Below are positions 57,038 to 64,000 of a stretch of 64,000 nucleotides of DNA, one piece after another. The notes under the pieces were generated by a model, which saw nothing but the letters and a program-made list of their open reading frames with translations, was not told where the DNA came from and searched no databases. The stretch's first letter is position 1; each line of letters opens with the position of its first letter. The translations under genes were made by a program, and so were the position numbers. Origin of the DNA: a virus; the IMG/VR virus record IMGVR_UViG_3300031951_000017, positions 99,929-163,928 of that record. The stretch is one strand, 5' to 3'.

Positions 57038-57394
57038 TTACCAGTCTATGCCTGGACCAAACTCATTATCATTTATGATTTCATTTTCTATAATAGTTAC
57101 TGATGGTAGAAAATTATTTATGTAATATTCTAATTCATTAAGAAAGTTATCAAAATCGTTTCTAGTTCCATTTATATATACGTTCACATATACTTTAATC
57201 ATACCTTTTGATAAATCAATTCTATCAATTTCAATCCTGTCCACAGAAGTTACTTCATGTATTTCGTCCATTGCATCCATACCCCAGTCTTCAGCTTCCA
57301 TTTTTATTTTTTTAACCGACTTATCAATAAGTTTTTGTATTGGTTTATACAACTTATCTGATTGCATTTCAGTTATTATTATTTTTTTTACCAT
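57038..57394 (-). CDS. Leader-bearing hypothetical protein
   Basis: KKIIITEMQ leader. Confidence 0.7.
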   Translation of the reverse strand: MVKKIIITEMQSDKLYKPIQKLIDKSVKKIKMEAEDWGMDAMDEIHEVTSVDRIEIDRIDLSKGMIKVYVNVYINGTRNDFDNFLNELEYYINNFLPSVTIIENEIINDNEFGPGIDW

Positions 57395-57398
57395 AATA

Positions 57399-58142
57399 TT
57401 AATTATTATTACTCCGACTTAAATAAAAATTTAGATAATCCAACTCGTTATCAAAGAATGTTTTATGGTCTAATAACCCAGATTTACTAATTATTTGGTA
57501 AAATATAGTTTCAGCGAACTCTCGCCATTCATAATTTAAAGTGTAAAGTAGCTCATCAATTCGATTAGTGTCTAATTCTATAATTTCTCCATCAGTATTT
57601 CTAATCTTAACATTACTAATTTCAATAAAACAATCAACTTGGTCGCCAGCAAAATCAAAAGTTATATTTTCATCACATTCAAAACTAATTTCGGCATCTA
57701 CATGGTCACCATCAGGAAAAATTATATTACCTATACTCATAACATATGGTAGACGAAAAAACTTGTTATTAATATTTTGAGTAATTTCGTTTTTAATTAT
57801 TTTCCTATATCTTAGTGGGATATAGTAATCAATTTCACCACTCCATTCAACAAGAGCATAACATTGGTCTAATGAGGCGGCAATATTCTTCATACTACCT
57901 AACATTAGTCCTAATTTATCTAATTTAGTACTAATTTCATATTTTATATTTTCTTTACGCCAAGGCAAGTCGTTCGGATTTTCAATTTCGTAAGTGGGTA
58001 CTGGTCCATGATAACCTAATACTGGTATATATTTATCAATCCATTCGGATTCATCTTCAATATAATTAAATTCAATACCTAATACATTAAATTTCTTTTT
58101 TAAAAATTTAACAATAAGCTTAAAGACATTTGCTATTTCCAT
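57399..58142 (-). CDS. Hypothetical protein
   Basis: Start MEIANV at 58142 after TATTTAT box 58150-58158. Confidence 0.7.
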   Translation of the reverse strand: MEIANVFKLIVKFLKKKFNVLGIEFNYIEDESEWIDKYIPVLGYHGPVPTYEIENPNDLPWRKENIKYEISTKLDKLGLMLGSMKNIAASLDQCYALVEWSGEIDYYIPLRYRKIIKNEITQNINNKFFRLPYVMSIGNIIFPDGDHVDAEISFECDENITFDFAGDQVDCFIEISNVKIRNTDGEIIELDTNRIDELLYTLNYEWREFAETIFYQIISKSGLLDHKTFFDNELDYLNFYLSRSNNN

Positions 58143-58160
58143 TATCAACTATAAATATAC

Positions 58161-58190
58161 AAAAAAATAAACCCTCAATCGAGGGTTATT
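58161..58190 (-). terminator. Intrinsic terminator
   Basis: AACCCTC-aatc-GAGGGTT with U-rich tail on minus strand. Confidence 0.7.
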
Positions 58191-58211
58191 AAATAATTTA
58201 ATTTAAAAATT

Positions 58212-58550
58212 TTAATCTTCACCTAACTCAAATTCTAAAGATTTAATTTCATTTGATAATTCTTTGATTTGAGTGTAGTAATCTCTAGCCATATCAAAAA
58301 TATCACCTTCTTCATTGTCTAAGATTTCCTTTAATCCATACATAATGTCTCGGATACCATATCCAATTCTCTCTTCTAAATATGACTCTACAAAATCTAA
58401 CGCTTCTTGTAAAACAGATTCTAATTCATTTTCAGTTCTTTCTAATTCGGCCATTAATTCATCTTTACTAGATGGGCCATCCATTTCTGAAATAATTCTT
58501 TTTATAACATTGGTCAATTGAGACTCAGTTAATTTTATCTTTTTATTCAT
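58212..58550 (-). CDS. Leader-bearing acidic coiled-coil protein
   Basis: KKIKLTESQLTNVIKRIISE leader. Confidence 0.72.
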   Translation of the reverse strand: MNKKIKLTESQLTNVIKRIISEMDGPSSKDELMAELERTENELESVLQEALDFVESYLEERIGYGIRDIMYGLKEILDNEEGDIFDMARDYYTQIKELSNEIKSLEFELGED

Positions 58551-58622
58551 TGTTTTTTATTTTATAAATATCTAAATGGAATAAAAAGTTTTCTTATTGG
58601 ATAAGTTTATTATTTTAAATAA

Positions 58623-59477
58623 ATGAACATTTTAAGTCTTTTTGATGGTATGAGTTGTGGGCAGATAGCCCTAAATCGAGTCGGTATTAAATACGATAAT
58701 TATTACTCATCCGAAATTGATAAGTACTCCATCCAGGTTACCCAACACAATTATCCTGATACAATTCAATTAGGTGATATTACAAAATTAGATGGAAAAC
58801 AATTACCTAAAATTGATTTGCTAATTGGTGGGTCCCCGTGTCAATCATTTTCAAATGCTGGTAATGGTAAAGGATTTGACGGTAAGAGCGGATTATTTTG
58901 GGAGTATGTGAGAATTTTTAACGAAGTAGAACCAACTTATTTCCTTCTAGAGAATGTTAAAATGAAACAGGAATGGAGAGATATCATTACAAAAGAATTA
59001 GGTGTTGAGCCGATAAAAATTAATTCTAATTTGGTTTCAGCTCAAAATAGAGAACGTTTATATTGGACTAATATTCCATTTGTCACACAACCAATTGATA
59101 AAAAAATCTATATTGAAGATATTGTTGATTTAGAATTTGACGAGAAGTATTGGTTAAAACAAAAAAATGTTGACCTCCTGTTAAAAAAAGTGGATGTGTC
59201 TGAGTCACCAAATATTGCATGTATTGATGTTTACAACAAAAAAGTAAAGTTAGATAGAAAATGTCCAACACTAACTTTACCTCATCATAATTCAATACGT
59301 TTAATTTATAATGGGAGAATCAGAAAACTAACCCCTAACGAATGTGAGAAACTTCAGACAGTACCACTAAATTATACTAATTGTGACATAAGTGACATTC
59401 ACCGATATTCAATGTTAGGGAATGGTTGGACAGTGGATGTGATTGCCCAGATATTCAAGAATTTACTTAGTGTTTGA
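58623..59477 (+). CDS. dcm: DNA (cytosine-5)-methyltransferase
   Basis: LSLFDGMSCG, EID, GGSPCQSFS, FLLENV, QNRERLYW, LGNGW. Confidence 0.93.
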   Translation: MNILSLFDGMSCGQIALNRVGIKYDNYYSSEIDKYSIQVTQHNYPDTIQLGDITKLDGKQLPKIDLLIGGSPCQSFSNAGNGKGFDGKSGLFWEYVRIFNEVEPTYFLLENVKMKQEWRDIITKELGVEPIKINSNLVSAQNRERLYWTNIPFVTQPIDKKIYIEDIVDLEFDEKYWLKQKNVDLLLKKVDVSESPNIACIDVYNKKVKLDRKCPTLTLPHHNSIRLIYNGRIRKLTPNECEKLQTVPLNYTNCDISDIHRYSMLGNGWTVDVIAQIFKNLLSV

Positions 59478-59657
59478 TTTATAATCTAACCACTCAATGT
59501 AAAACCCGACGGCCACAATTATATTCATTCCGATTGAACTCCACAATTCAACAACGTCGTCGTAAACATTCAAACTTAAATGAACATGACCAACAATCCA
59601 AAAAGGTATTGATAGATTAGACGCAATCCAGGTTATTGTGAATTTAAGAAATTTCAT
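59463..59657 (-). CDS. Small membrane protein
   Basis: Two hydrophobic segments; start MMKFLKF probable. Confidence 0.6.
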   Translation of the reverse strand: MKFLKFTITWIASNLSIPFWIVGHVHLSLNVYDDVVELWSSIGMNIIVAVGFYIEWLDYKSNTK

Positions 59658-60147
59658 CATCTGTCTTATACACAAGAAGGACAGGTTTATCAAAATTCAT
59701 ATCATACCCCTCAAGTTCTTTTTTATACTCATCAATTCTTTCACGAGAAAAAATAGGAGCAAAAAGTGGTCTATTTTTGAATGGTACATTATCTCGGTTT
59801 TCCCACAACTCAAGTTCCTTTTCCATTTCAGGGATACTATTTGTTAAATAATCCCATTTTTTCCAAGCATTATAATCTTCTTCTGACTTAATGAAAAATA
59901 CGTTCCCATAATTATACATATTCAAATCAGGATTGGTTGTATAAACATCCACAATTCCTTCTTCACCATCATAACGAATACATAATTCATTAACGGAATA
60001 TGAATTTTCATGACGTTCAGTCCAATTCCTACCATAAGAACGAACTTTACATATATACAAAAATCCATCAGGTGTGGAACGAAGATAACTTTCAATCTCG
60101 TTTTTTAATTTTACGAGTTCGTCAAAGGTGTGGTTAGATAAATTCAT
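59644..60147 (-). CDS. Hypothetical protein
   Basis: Start MNLSNH 4 nt after TATATTTG. Confidence 0.7.
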   Translation of the reverse strand: MNLSNHTFDELVKLKNEIESYLRSTPDGFLYICKVRSYGRNWTERHENSYSVNELCIRYDGEEGIVDVYTTNPDLNMYNYGNVFFIKSEEDYNAWKKWDYLTNSIPEMEKELELWENRDNVPFKNRPLFAPIFSRERIDEYKKELEGYDMNFDKPVLLVYKTDDEIS

Positions 60148-60176
60148 AAGACAAATATATAATAAATTTTTTAAAT

Positions 60177-60211
60177 AAAAAACCCCCACCTAAAAAAAGA
60201 CGGGGGCTTTT
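60177..60211 (-). terminator. Intrinsic terminator
   Basis: Minus strand GCCCCCGTCT-loop-AGGTGGGGGT (with G:U pairs) then U-run. Confidence 0.75.
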
Positions 60212-60225
60212 ATCAGTGGGTAAGA

Positions 60226-60300
60226 TTACAGCTTACACCATCCAAGACATACCTTACCAAAGGTAATCTTTTGAACGAATTTACAAATAAATGTTTTCAT
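60226..60300 (-). CDS. 24-aa cationic Cys-containing peptide
   Basis: Not in track; MKTFICKFVQKITFGKVCLGWCKL*; own TATTTAT box (60304-60312) and own terminator. Confidence 0.7.
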   Translation of the reverse strand: MKTFICKFVQKITFGKVCLGWCKL

Positions 60301-60314
60301 AACAATAAATACCA

Positions 60315-60515
60315 TTAATTAATTCCTTCGTTGAATTTTTCTTCAATTTCCTTTAATTCTTCTTCGGTGAGGTCATCGTCGTGTTCAATCTCCTCAACCC
60401 AGGTGTTATGTCCGTCATAACGAGCAACAATAGTAAATTCTCTACCATCTTCAGTTGTTCCGTCATAACTCTTTAAACAGAACATCAACATTTCATTTTC
60501 AAAATCAATATTCAT
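60315..60515 (-). CDS. Small acidic hypothetical protein
   Basis: 66 aa. Confidence 0.65.
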   Translation of the reverse strand: MNIDFENEMLMFCLKSYDGTTEDGREFTIVARYDGHNTWVEEIEHDDDLTEEELKEIEEKFNEGIN

Positions 60516-60517
60516 AA

Positions 60518-60796
60518 TTAATCAAATCTACATTCTTGTTCTTCACCTGTAATTTTTTCTCTTATAGTGTCCGCATTATTACACTCTTCCCAAAGAGATT
60601 CATACCATTCACCATTTGTTGGTTTCATATCACTCCAATTTTCTGAAATGTATTCTTGCATTTCTTCTTCGGTCATTCCGTTAAGTTCAGGATAATCTTC
60701 CACATTAATTTCAACGGGTTCTTTAACGAGCATTGTGTTGTAATACTCAACCATTCTAACTGAAATGGTTTTTGGTGTTTCTGTGTTTTCTGACAT
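60518..60796 (-). CDS. Small acidic hypothetical protein
   Basis: 92 aa; TAAGTTTG upstream. Confidence 0.68.
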   Translation of the reverse strand: MSENTETPKTISVRMVEYYNTMLVKEPVEINVEDYPELNGMTEEEMQEYISENWSDMKPTNGEWYESLWEECNNADTIREKITGEEQECRFD

Positions 60797-60854
60797 AATC
60801 TTATTTTTTACAAACTTACAAAAAATAATTTGTTATGTCAAATAAAATATTAAC

Positions 60855-61172
60855 TTATTCACAATCGTCAATTTCACGAGAAAATACATATTCTATCCTA
60901 TTCACATAATTATTGAAAAAATAATCATAAAGAAAATCATATAATTCTTTGTTGTCGTATGCACTTTCACTAAATATCTTATTTAGGACGCTCATAAAAG
61001 TTAATCGATTGACACTACCATCTAAAATATTATCTAGCCACCCTTTTAGTCCAGTTTCTTTATAGCTACAGGGGTCAGATTCCTGCATTTCATACTCAAC
61101 AATATCTGACATAAACTCTATTAAATGTGGGTCATTTAATCTTCTTTTAAACCTAATTAAATCGGTATTCAT
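60855..61172 (-). CDS. Hypothetical protein
   Basis: 105 aa; TATTTAT box 6 nt upstream. Confidence 0.68.
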   Translation of the reverse strand: MNTDLIRFKRRLNDPHLIEFMSDIVEYEMQESDPCSYKETGLKGWLDNILDGSVNRLTFMSVLNKIFSESAYDNKELYDFLYDYFFNNYVNRIEYVFSREIDDCE

Positions 61173-61189
61173 ATATCAATAAATATATG

Positions 61190-61957
61190 TCATTTCAAAC
61201 TAAATTTAACAGGAATTGTCATTTTTAATGCAACAGGATTACCATTCATTTTGGCAGGTTCAAATTTACCAAGTTTTTTAACCGCATTTATTGCACATTG
61301 TCCAAACTTTTCACTTTCTTCACAGGGTCTCAAAACACTTACATCTGAAACATAACCATTTGTATTTACAACAAAAGTTACATACAACATACATTCAATA
61401 CCAAAGTTTTTTTCATTTTCAGGATATATTATGTGTTTAGCCAAATCAACATATAAGTCACCATCATATTTTGGCATTTCTTCCGCAAATGTGAAAATCT
61501 TTTCAACTTCTTTTTTAACCTCAACAACATTAATTATATCAGTAACTACAAATTCAGAACTATCATCAGAATTATCAAAACCAATTTTATGTCTCCACAT
61601 TTCATCCATACTTTTAAGTTTATCAAATACTTCTTCATCTGTAACCTCAATTTCAGTAAATTTAACATTGGACCTAAATGAAGATTTTTTTTCAGGAATT
61701 TCAACTTTTTTAGGTTCAATTACTTCTTTTGGTTTTTCTTCAATTGGTTTGATAAGATATTCAGTGGTTGTAATTACAACATCAGAATTAATAATCTCAT
61801 TTGACATCATTAACATTGGGGTCATTAATAATAATGAAAATAATGTGGATACCACAAATGTTGCAAACATTAAATGTTTTGGGTAGTTTACCCGGAGAGT
61901 GTAGGCCCCGTAATCTTTTACTCGACCTTCAAAAATTAAATCTAAATACTTTTTCAT
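61190..61957 (-). CDS. tonB: Energy transducer TonB (Bacteroidota type)
   Basis: LDLIFEGR.K.YGAY.LR..Y + TM helix; AEEMP.Y.G; YP......I...YVTFVV...G.V.DV.V.R; F.PAK.NG.PV.....IPVKF.L. Confidence 0.9.
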   Translation of the reverse strand: MKKYLDLIFEGRVKDYGAYTLRVNYPKHLMFATFVVSTLFSLLLMTPMLMMSNEIINSDVVITTTEYLIKPIEEKPKEVIEPKKVEIPEKKSSFRSNVKFTEIEVTDEEVFDKLKSMDEMWRHKIGFDNSDDSSEFVVTDIINVVEVKKEVEKIFTFAEEMPKYDGDLYVDLAKHIIYPENEKNFGIECMLYVTFVVNTNGYVSDVSVLRPCEESEKFGQCAINAVKKLGKFEPAKMNGNPVALKMTIPVKFSLK

Positions 61958-62005
61958 AACCTTTTTTTCTTCTGTATAGTTAAGAAGGAAAAAGGTTCAT
62001 TTTAA

Positions 62006-62440
62006 TTAAGCAATTTTTTTCTTACCTGGAGTTTGTCCTTCTTCAGGTAACCCACTTTCACCTAAATCAATATAGACTGGTACATTTAAATTAGAATTAC
62101 ATTTTGTTTTATAGTAATCTTTAACCGCATTTGTAAAATAATTTTTGTCATTCTCATAAAATCTATATGTACTACCTTCTCTTCCTCCTTCTAGAACGAT
62201 TGGTTTCCCACATTGAACATTTTGATTATCTAAAAAATCTTTCATATTATCCCATCCAGTAGGTGCAGTGTCGTATTTAGTTTGTTCATTAATATTTCTA
62301 ACAAATGGTTTAATTTCACCCGATTTTGCATTGACCAACTTATTAAAGTTTTCAATTACAATTTTCTTTCCACCTTCTTGGTGTTGTTCTAGGATAGAAT
62401 TTTTTTCTTCCTCAGATAAGTTATTCAATAAATGTTTCAT
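62006..62440 (-). CDS. Leader-bearing hypothetical protein
   Basis: MKHLLNNLSEEEKNSILEQH leader. Confidence 0.7.
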   Translation of the reverse strand: MKHLLNNLSEEEKNSILEQHQEGGKKIVIENFNKLVNAKSGEIKPFVRNINEQTKYDTAPTGWDNMKDFLDNQNVQCGKPIVLEGGREGSTYRFYENDKNYFTNAVKDYYKTKCNSNLNVPVYIDLGESGLPEEGQTPGKKKIA

Positions 62441-62507
62441 AGTCTTTTGTTTATAAATATATTAATTATCTAGTTTCTCAACTTTTATGTAGTCAATGTT
62501 GGTTATA

Positions 62508-62939
62508 TCACGGTCTACGTAATTGACCTGATAAAAAAGAATTTACAATAATTGTATCTGGGTCATCTATTCCAAATTTTTGACTAACCCACAAAGATAT
62601 AACTTGTCCTGTTTCATATAATTTTTTATCATTAATATTATGTGAACCAACAAAAATGTTAGCAATTTTTTTAACAAAATGTAAATCAACATAACATGTT
62701 TCTAGTTGGATGTCATATGCAAATTCTGCAAAATTATCTTTTTCGGATTTTAAATAAAAAACTATACCATTTTCAACAGTAAAAACTAAGTTACGTAACT
62801 CAATAAATTTAAAAATTTGTTTTTGTATTTGTTTGTTATTAAGGATTGACCTCTTATCAATATTTAAAGTCTCGTTGAGAACTTTACCTATGATAGTTAC
62901 TAGGTCGGATTCTGCCAATTTTAAAATTTTCTTACCCAT
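62508..62939 (-). CDS. Leader-bearing hypothetical protein (paralog of 63623..63940)
   Basis: KILKLAESDLVTIIGKVLNE; IFKF..L..L...C.......I...F...I..WV. Confidence 0.7.
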   Translation of the reverse strand: MGKKILKLAESDLVTIIGKVLNETLNIDKRSILNNKQIQKQIFKFIELRNLVFTVENGIVFYLKSEKDNFAEFAYDIQLETCYVDLHFVKKIANIFVGSHNINDKKLYETGQVISLWVSQKFGIDDPDTIIVNSFLSGQLRRP

Positions 62940-62943
62940 AACA

Positions 62944-63246
62944 TTAACATTTACCTGAATATGGTCTTATGTCGACATAAATACCAAATTTTGCAAGCAC
63001 AAATTCTCTCGCGTTTTTTATAATTTTATTTAATACATCTTTACCACCAAATCCATTTTCTGTCATAACACTATTAACCCATTGGTTATCAATTTTTAAT
63101 GAAATGACAGGAAAATCTTCAATATCCTCATTATGTGGATATTCAAATTTACAAATTTCATAAAAATCCGCAAATTGGGAGTTTAAATCCAAAACAATTT
63201 GTTTTGAAAAAGCTTTAAACTGAGATTCTGTTATCAAATATTTCAT
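62944..63246 (-). CDS. Leader-bearing hypothetical protein
   Basis: MKYLITESQF. Confidence 0.72.
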   Translation of the reverse strand: MKYLITESQFKAFSKQIVLDLNSQFADFYEICKFEYPHNEDIEDFPVISLKIDNQWVNSVMTENGFGGKDVLNKIIKNAREFVLAKFGIYVDIRPYSGKC

Positions 63247-63248
63247 TA

Positions 63249-63620
63249 TTAACCAAAATTTGCTATTACGACCCTAGTGACCTTTTTATTTGGGAACAAA
63301 GATTCAAAAACATCGGCCATTAGATATTTTTTATTAACCAACCATATTGGATGTGGAAAATGAACGGAGTACTTATCATCAATTGACTTATCATAGAATA
63401 ACTCGCCTGATAATTCATTAAACATTGCAATTTCAACATTCTTTTTATTATAAAGGTGAATACGATTATCATTTTCACTATATGAATCGAATATTTTTTC
63501 AACCGCAGGAATTAATACACCCTTAATTTTGTCATACTGGCTCTCATATTCAGCATCCATCCAATGTCTATCGAGTTCGGAGATTAATTTAAACTGAGAT
63601 TCTGTTATAACAAATTTCAT
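63249..63620 (-). CDS. Leader-bearing hypothetical protein
   Basis: MKFVITESQFKLISE. Confidence 0.72.
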   Translation of the reverse strand: MKFVITESQFKLISELDRHWMDAEYESQYDKIKGVLIPAVEKIFDSYSENDNRIHLYNKKNVEIAMFNELSGELFYDKSIDDKYSVHFPHPIWLVNKKYLMADVFESLFPNKKVTRVVIANFG

Positions 63621-63622
63621 TA

Positions 63623-63940
63623 TTAATAAGAATTATTTTTGGGAATGTGGTATGGTGGTATCATTGTTTTGGTAATTTCCACTTGTAAAGTATTCCCAAC
63701 CCATTTACCGATAATTGTTTCAGCAATAGATTCGTCAATTGAGAAAAAATTGGATACCTCCGTAATTAATTCATGGTAGATAAAACATCTTCCATCTTTT
63801 TTAACATATATGATATATTTGTTATTTTCCGAATTGACAAAATGGATTGCATTATTTTCATCAACAATGTTCAATCTTTTTAAATTAAGATATTTAAAAA
63901 TTACTTTATCTAATTGTAATTCTGTTATTATATATTTCAT
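63623..63940 (-). CDS. Leader-bearing hypothetical protein
   Basis: MKYIITELQLDKVI; TATTTAT box 63946-63954. Confidence 0.72.
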   Translation of the reverse strand: MKYIITELQLDKVIFKYLNLKRLNIVDENNAIHFVNSENNKYIIYVKKDGRCFIYHELITEVSNFFSIDESIAETIIGKWVGNTLQVEITKTMIPPYHIPKNNSY

Positions 63941-63964
63941 ATAACAATAAATACCTCAAAAAAT

Positions 63965-63994
63965 AAAAAACCCCATCTGAATAAGATGGGGTTT
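63965..63994 (-). terminator. Intrinsic terminator
   Basis: AAACCCCATCT-gaata-AGATGGGGTTT with U-run on minus strand. Confidence 0.82.
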
Positions 63995-64000
63995 AACTAA

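Noticed and set aside
58623-59477. Complete restriction-modification system
   Set aside because: No adjacent recognisable endonuclease; treated as an orphan methyltransferase.
1-64000. Alternative genetic code (TAG/TGA recoding) as in some large Bacteroidota phages
   Set aside because: Conserved genes are full length in the standard code, coding density is high, and TGA (terminase, ClpC) and TAG (30915) act as real stops.

Overview
64 kb of a very AT-rich, densely coding genome that reads as a large T4-like (gp17/gp20/gp21/gp23-type) tailed phage. The host is most likely Bacteroidota: TAnnTTTG promoters, no Shine-Dalgarno sequences, a Bacteroidota-type TonB, ClpC and DUF4494-like genes, and a tmRNA tag starting with Gly. 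Layout: 1-15.9 kb, head morphogenesis and packaging (major capsid 5' end, scaffold, prohead protease, mucin-like Thr/Pro surface protein, portal, large terminase, acidic core proteins, a Pol-beta nucleotidyltransferase, KTSC). 16-24 kb, proteostasis cluster (N-domain-less ClpC, M20/M28 peptidase, complete tmRNA with an unusual 21-codon tag, two DnaJ-type zinc-finger proteins, a TM+GAF protein). 24-31 kb, glycosylation island (RmlB, GT2s, methyltransferase, DUF616-like). 31-64 kb, accessory region (three large putative virion/ejection proteins, GH19 endolysin, GH108-like, LysM and OmpA-like proteins, PPK2, aaRS-core-only enzyme, FKBP, DenV-like, DHFR, C5 methyltransferase, TonB, many hypotheticals). 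Two window-wide patterns stand out. (1) There are two promoter classes: host-type TAnnTTTG, and a phage-type sense-strand TATTTAT box often only 4-7 nt before the ATG. (2) About 20 otherwise unrelated genes, mostly behind the TATTTAT box, share short N-terminal leaders (K-x-I-x-[IL]-[TN]-E-S-[QD]-L and related) containing [IL]-x-E protease sites, suggesting a capsid-cargo targeting system. Four small ORFs missed by the ORF track were also found. All assignments come from motif recognition by eye; no database searches were run.
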